Source: Candidatus Hydrogenedentota bacterium
Lineage (GTDB): Bacteria; Hydrogenedentota; Hydrogenedentia; Hydrogenedentales; SLHB01
DNA length: 18,949 nucleotides
NCBI GenBank assembly: GCA_034408725.1
Contig: JAWXCN010000109.1
Span: forward strand, 1 to 18,949
Reading direction: 5' to 3'
Shown: positions 15,574 through 18,949 of the stretch, piece by piece
Layout: every line of letters begins with the position of its first letter
Numbering within the stretch: the stretch's first letter is position 1
Position numbers and translations under genes: made by a program
The notes under the pieces: generated by a model
What the model was told of the DNA's origin: nothing
The model's database searches: none
The model's input: only the letters and a program-made list of their open reading frames with translations

Positions 15574-17007
15574 ATGTGTAATGGGGAATACCCCACTGCG
15601 GGGCTGAGCGGCCCGGCCATTGCCCGCAGATGGTTTTTGCAACAGTGCGGCGTCGGCCTTGGCGCCGCCGCGCTGGGACATCTGTTGGGTGGCGCAAGCG
15701 TGGCGCGCGCTTCCGAACCGGTTGCGGCCAAGCTTACGCATTTCGCGCCGCGCGCGAAGCAGGTAATTTATTTGTTCATGGCAGGCGCGCCCAGCCAATT
15801 CGAATTGTTCGACTACAAACCCGAACTCACGAAATTTGATGGGACCCTTCCGCCGCCGGAGTTGCTCAAGAACTACCGGGCGGCGTTCATCGATCCCAAT
15901 TCCCGGTTACTCGGTTCGCGGTTTAACTTCGCGCAACACGGGAAAAGTGGCGCGTGGGTTTCGGAACTGTTGCCGCACTTCGCGAACATCGTCGATGATG
16001 TAACGATCATTAAGAGCATGTCTACCGACGCGTTCAACCATGCGCCGGCCCAGATTCTAATGAGCACGGGCTCACAGCAATTCGGAAGGCCAAGCGTTGG
16101 CTCGTGGCTTAGCTACGGTTTGGGCAGTGAAAACAAAGACCTTCCCGCGTTTGTGGTGTTCAGTTCCGGCCAGAAAGGGCCGAGCGGCGGGTCGGCAGTG
16201 TGGAGCAGCGGGTTCTTGCCAACGGTACATGATGGCGTAATGTTTCGCACGAGCGGCGACCCGGTGTTGTACCTGTCGAATCCAAGCGGTTTGGACGACA
16301 CCGTGCAACGCGACACTCTCGACACGCTAGGCGCATTGAACACGCAGCGTCTCGAAGCCACGGGCGATCCGGAGATTGCGACACGCATCAATTCGTTCGA
16401 GTTGGCGTTTCGCATGCAATCGAGCGCGCCCGAATTGATGGACCTTACAAACGAACCGAAGCACATCATGGAAATGTATGGCGCGGAACCCAACGTGCCG
16501 TCGTTTGCGAAGAACTGCGTGTTGGCGCGGCGCATGATCGAGCGCGGCGTCCGGTTCGTACAGTTGTTCCACGAGGCGTGGGACCAACACGGAAACCTCA
16601 GAAACGATCTCAAGAAAAATTGCGGAGACACCGACAAGGCCTGCGCCGCGCTTGTCCAGGATTTGAAAATGCGCGGCCTGCTCGATGAAACGATCGTGAT
16701 CTGGGGTGGCGAATTTGGCCGCACGCCGATGGTGCAGGGCGACGGCGACGACGGCCGCGATCATCATCCGAACGCGTTCACGGTGTGGGTCGCCGGCGGC
16801 GGATTCAAACCCGGTCTGTCCTACGGCGAAAGTGACGAACTGGGATTCAACGTCGGCCGCGACAAAGTGCACGTCCGCGATTTCCACGCAACTCTGCTGC
16901 ACCAACTCGGCTTTGATCATTCCCGGTTTACCTTTCGTACCCAGGGGCTTGATGCGAAGCTCACGGGCGTCGAACCCGCGCGCGTCGTTCGCGATCTTAT
17001 CGCGTAA
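15574..17007 (+). CDS. DUF1501 domain protein (sulfatase/alkaline-phosphatase-like) with Tat-like signal
   Basis: Twin-arginine motif RRWFL, then AKQVIYLFMAGAPSQ, FNHAPAQ, ARRMIERGVRFVQ, WDQHG, GGEFGRTP, GRDHHP. SD AAGGAG at 15557-15562. Starts 25 nt after the DUF1553 gene. Confidence 0.92.
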   Translation: MCNGEYPTAGLSGPAIARRWFLQQCGVGLGAAALGHLLGGASVARASEPVAAKLTHFAPRAKQVIYLFMAGAPSQFELFDYKPELTKFDGTLPPPELLKNYRAAFIDPNSRLLGSRFNFAQHGKSGAWVSELLPHFANIVDDVTIIKSMSTDAFNHAPAQILMSTGSQQFGRPSVGSWLSYGLGSENKDLPAFVVFSSGQKGPSGGSAVWSSGFLPTVHDGVMFRTSGDPVLYLSNPSGLDDTVQRDTLDTLGALNTQRLEATGDPEIATRINSFELAFRMQSSAPELMDLTNEPKHIMEMYGAEPNVPSFAKNCVLARRMIERGVRFVQLFHEAWDQHGNLRNDLKKNCGDTDKACAALVQDLKMRGLLDETIVIWGGEFGRTPMVQGDGDDGRDHHPNAFTVWVAGGGFKPGLSYGESDELGFNVGRDKVHVRDFHATLLHQLGFDHSRFTFRTQGLDAKLTGVEPARVVRDLIA

Positions 17008-17023
17008 CCTCGTAAAAGCTTTG

Positions 17024-17206
17024 TTATTGCCCTATCGGTTGAGCGCTGAATTCCGCGACACGGTTGCCTTCCACGTGATACGCGATCTGAATCGGGTTGC
17101 AACACACTTCGCAGTCTTCGATATATGACTGCGAATTCACGCTGAGATCCAGCAGCATGGAAACCCCTTGTGCACAGTACGGGCATTCAAAGAACATTTC
17201 TTCCAT
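17024..17206 (-). CDS. CPXCG motif-containing cysteine-rich (zinc-ribbon) small protein
   Basis: FECPYCAQ...QSYIEDCEVCCNPI pattern. Start is ATG 17206 or GTG 17218. Confidence 0.85.
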   Translation of the reverse strand: MEEMFFECPYCAQGVSMLLDLSVNSQSYIEDCEVCCNPIQIAYHVEGNRVAEFSAQPIGQ

Positions 17207-17243
17207 TGTTCTCGTCACGCCCCTACTGTGAATTCAAGATTTG

Positions 17244-18949
17244 TCACTGGACTTCCACCACAATCTCATGTTGATTCCCGTCATCCACGAGCCGGGCGCG
17301 TTTATCCGGCTGGTCTGCACCATCGACTTTAACCCGGACGACTTTTGTCCCGCTGCCGGATACGCGCATGGTGATGTGGTAAAACGTTTCCCGGAACCGG
17401 TAATGAATCTTGAACTCTGGCCAGTCCGCGGGAAGACATGGCGTGAACAAAAGTTGATCGGCTTCGAGTCGGATTCCGAACAACGATTCCGTCAAAAACC
17501 GGTACATCCAGCCCGCTGATCCTGTGTACCACGTCCAACCGCCCCGGCCAACATGCGGCGGCGCGCCGTACACGTCCGCGGCAATCACGTACGGTTCCAC
17601 GCGATAGACACCGATGTGCTCCGGCGAATTTCCGTGCATGATCGGATTCAACAACATCGCCAATTCCCAAGCGCGCTTGGCGTCGCCCATTTCCGCGAAT
17701 GCCATGGCAAGCCAGATTGCGCCGTGCGTGTATTGTCCGCCATTTTCCCGCACGCCGGGACTGTAGCCCTTGATGTATCCCGGATTCAGTTCGGACTTGT
17801 CGAACGGAGGACTGAACAATTGGATGAGCTGCGCGTCGCGCCGCACGAGTCTCTCATCCGCTCGGTCCATTGCGGAGCGTGACCGCCCCTGTTCGCCGGC
17901 GCCGGAAAGTATCGACCAGCTCTGTGGCAACGAATCGATCTGGCACTCAGCATTGTTCTTTGAGCCCAGAGGCTCGCCGTTGTCGAAGAACGCGCGCAAA
18001 TACCATTGACCGTCCCAAGCCGAATTCTCGATGCGGTGCCGGAGGCCTCCCGCTTCCGTCTGACACGTATCCGCGAAGGCGTGGTCCCCGTGGTTGTGGG
18101 CCAACGCAGAGAAGCGCGTCAGGACGTCGTAGAGGAAAAAAGCCAGCCAAACACTTTCGCCCTTGCCGTGTTCCCCCACGAGGTTCATGCCGTCGTTCCA
18201 ATCACCCGTGCCCATCAGCGGCAGACCGTGTGAGCCAAAGCGCAGTCCATTGTTAATGGCGCGCACGCAGTGATCGTATAACGTAGCGGATTCATGGGAC
18301 GCCATCGGCAGATCGTAGTAGCTTTCTTCATCCGGGCGCACGGGCCGGCCTTCCAGAAATTGCGCGCGTTCGTCGAGCACGCCGGTGTCGCCGGTCGTCT
18401 TTACATAACGGCAGACCGCGTACGGCAACCAGAGATAGTCGTCGGAGCAGCGCGTGCGCACGCCGCGGCCCGAGTGCGGATGCCACCAATGCTGCACGTC
18501 ACCTTCTATAAATTGGCGGGACGCGGCGCGAATCAGGTGCTCGCGCATGAGTTTTGGTTCGGCATGCACGAGCGCCATCGCGTCTTGCAATTGATCCCGG
18601 AACCCGAACGCGCCGCCGGACTGGTAAAAGCCTGTCCGCGCCCACATCCGGCACGCAAGCGTTTGGTAGGGCAACCAGCCATTCACAAGAAAATTGACCG
18701 CCTTGTCAGGAGATTCGACGTGCAACACGCCGAGCGTGCGGCTCCAATAGTGCCAAACCGATTCCAAAGCGCGATAAGCATTTCCAGAGACGCGCGTGGA
18801 TTGCACGAGCCGGCGGGCCTCCTCTTCGGAGTGCGCGGCGCCGAGTGTGAACACGATTTCTCTTTCGTGGCCGTTGTCCAGTTGGAAGGGCACCTGGATT
18901 GCCGCGCAGGGATCGAAACCAGCGCCGACGCGCCCGGACAGCCGTATCC
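17244..18949 (-). CDS. ndvB: GH94 glycoside phosphorylase domain of a cyclic beta-1,2-glucan synthase (Cgs/NdvB-like), 5'-truncated by the window
   Basis: Frame is open to the window edge (LSGRVGAGFDPCAAIQV precedes the called GTG at 18893). Motifs FYQSGGAFGFRDQLQD, EGDVQHWWHP, SDDYLWL, GTGDWNDG (catalytic Asp), PGVRENGGQYTH, GRGGWTWYTGSAGW. Confidence 0.85.
   Translation of the reverse strand, partial: IRLSGRVGAGFDPCAAIQVPFQLDNGHEREIVFTLGAAHSEEEARRLVQSTRVSGNAYRALESVWHYWSRTLGVLHVESPDKAVNFLVNGWLPYQTLACRMWARTGFYQSGGAFGFRDQLQDAMALVHAEPKLMREHLIRAASRQFIEGDVQHWWHPHSGRGVRTRCSDDYLWLPYAVCRYVKTTGDTGVLDERAQFLEGRPVRPDEESYYDLPMASHESATLYDHCVRAINNGLRFGSHGLPLMGTGDWNDGMNLVGEHGKGESVWLAFFLYDVLTRFSALAHNHGDHAFADTCQTEAGGLRHRIENSAWDGQWYLRAFFDNGEPLGSKNNAECQIDSLPQSWSILSGAGEQGRSRSAMDRADERLVRRDAQLIQLFSPPFDKSELNPGYIKGYSPGVRENGGQYTHGAIWLAMAFAEMGDAKRAWELAMLLNPIMHGNSPEHIGVYRVEPYVIAADVYGAPPHVGRGGWTWYTGSAGWMYRFLTESLFGIRLEADQLLFTPCLPADWPEFKIHYRFRETFYHITMRVSGSGTKVVRVKVDGADQPDKRARLVDDGNQHEIVVEVQ

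Noticed and set aside
1-18949. tRNA, rRNA, CRISPR array, riboswitch, transposase or integrase
   Set aside because: I saw no cloverleaf, repeat-spacer periodicity or recombinase motifs by eye. An Rfam/Infernal scan of the intergenic regions 9687-9942 and 12130-12446 would be needed to exclude structured RNAs.

Overview
Bacterial DNA, mostly GC-rich. The PSCyt1/DUF1549/DUF1553 + DUF1501 pair suggests a PVC-like or Hydrogenedentes-like organism (inference only). Left block (+ strand): a truncated REP-like palindrome pair, a DUF2723/TMEM260-like membrane protein with a TPR-like tail, an in-frame fusion of tRNA pseudouridine synthase TruA to a phosphoethanolamine N-methyltransferase-like SAM domain, a DJ-1/YajL protein, a VOC/PhnB protein, a sugar-phosphate isomerase-like TIM barrel, and an uncalled 57-aa membrane peptide. 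Middle block (~6490-12300, lower GC): two decayed genes the ORF track does not resolve (a small CxxC membrane protein and an FAD-oxidoreductase N-terminus), a cytoplasmic PAS-HisKA_3 kinase that abuts in frame a MetE-like Zn-thiol protein, and a divergent large-subunit catalase (katE). Right block: the cytochrome c/DUF1549/DUF1553 + DUF1501 pair (+), then on the - strand a CPXCG zinc-ribbon protein and the 3' part of a GH94 cyclic beta-1,2-glucan synthase/phosphorylase running off the edge. Best candidates for an undescribed system are the MetE-like protein + PAS kinase module facing katE, and the TruA-methyltransferase fusion. All family calls come from motif recognition, not from database searches.
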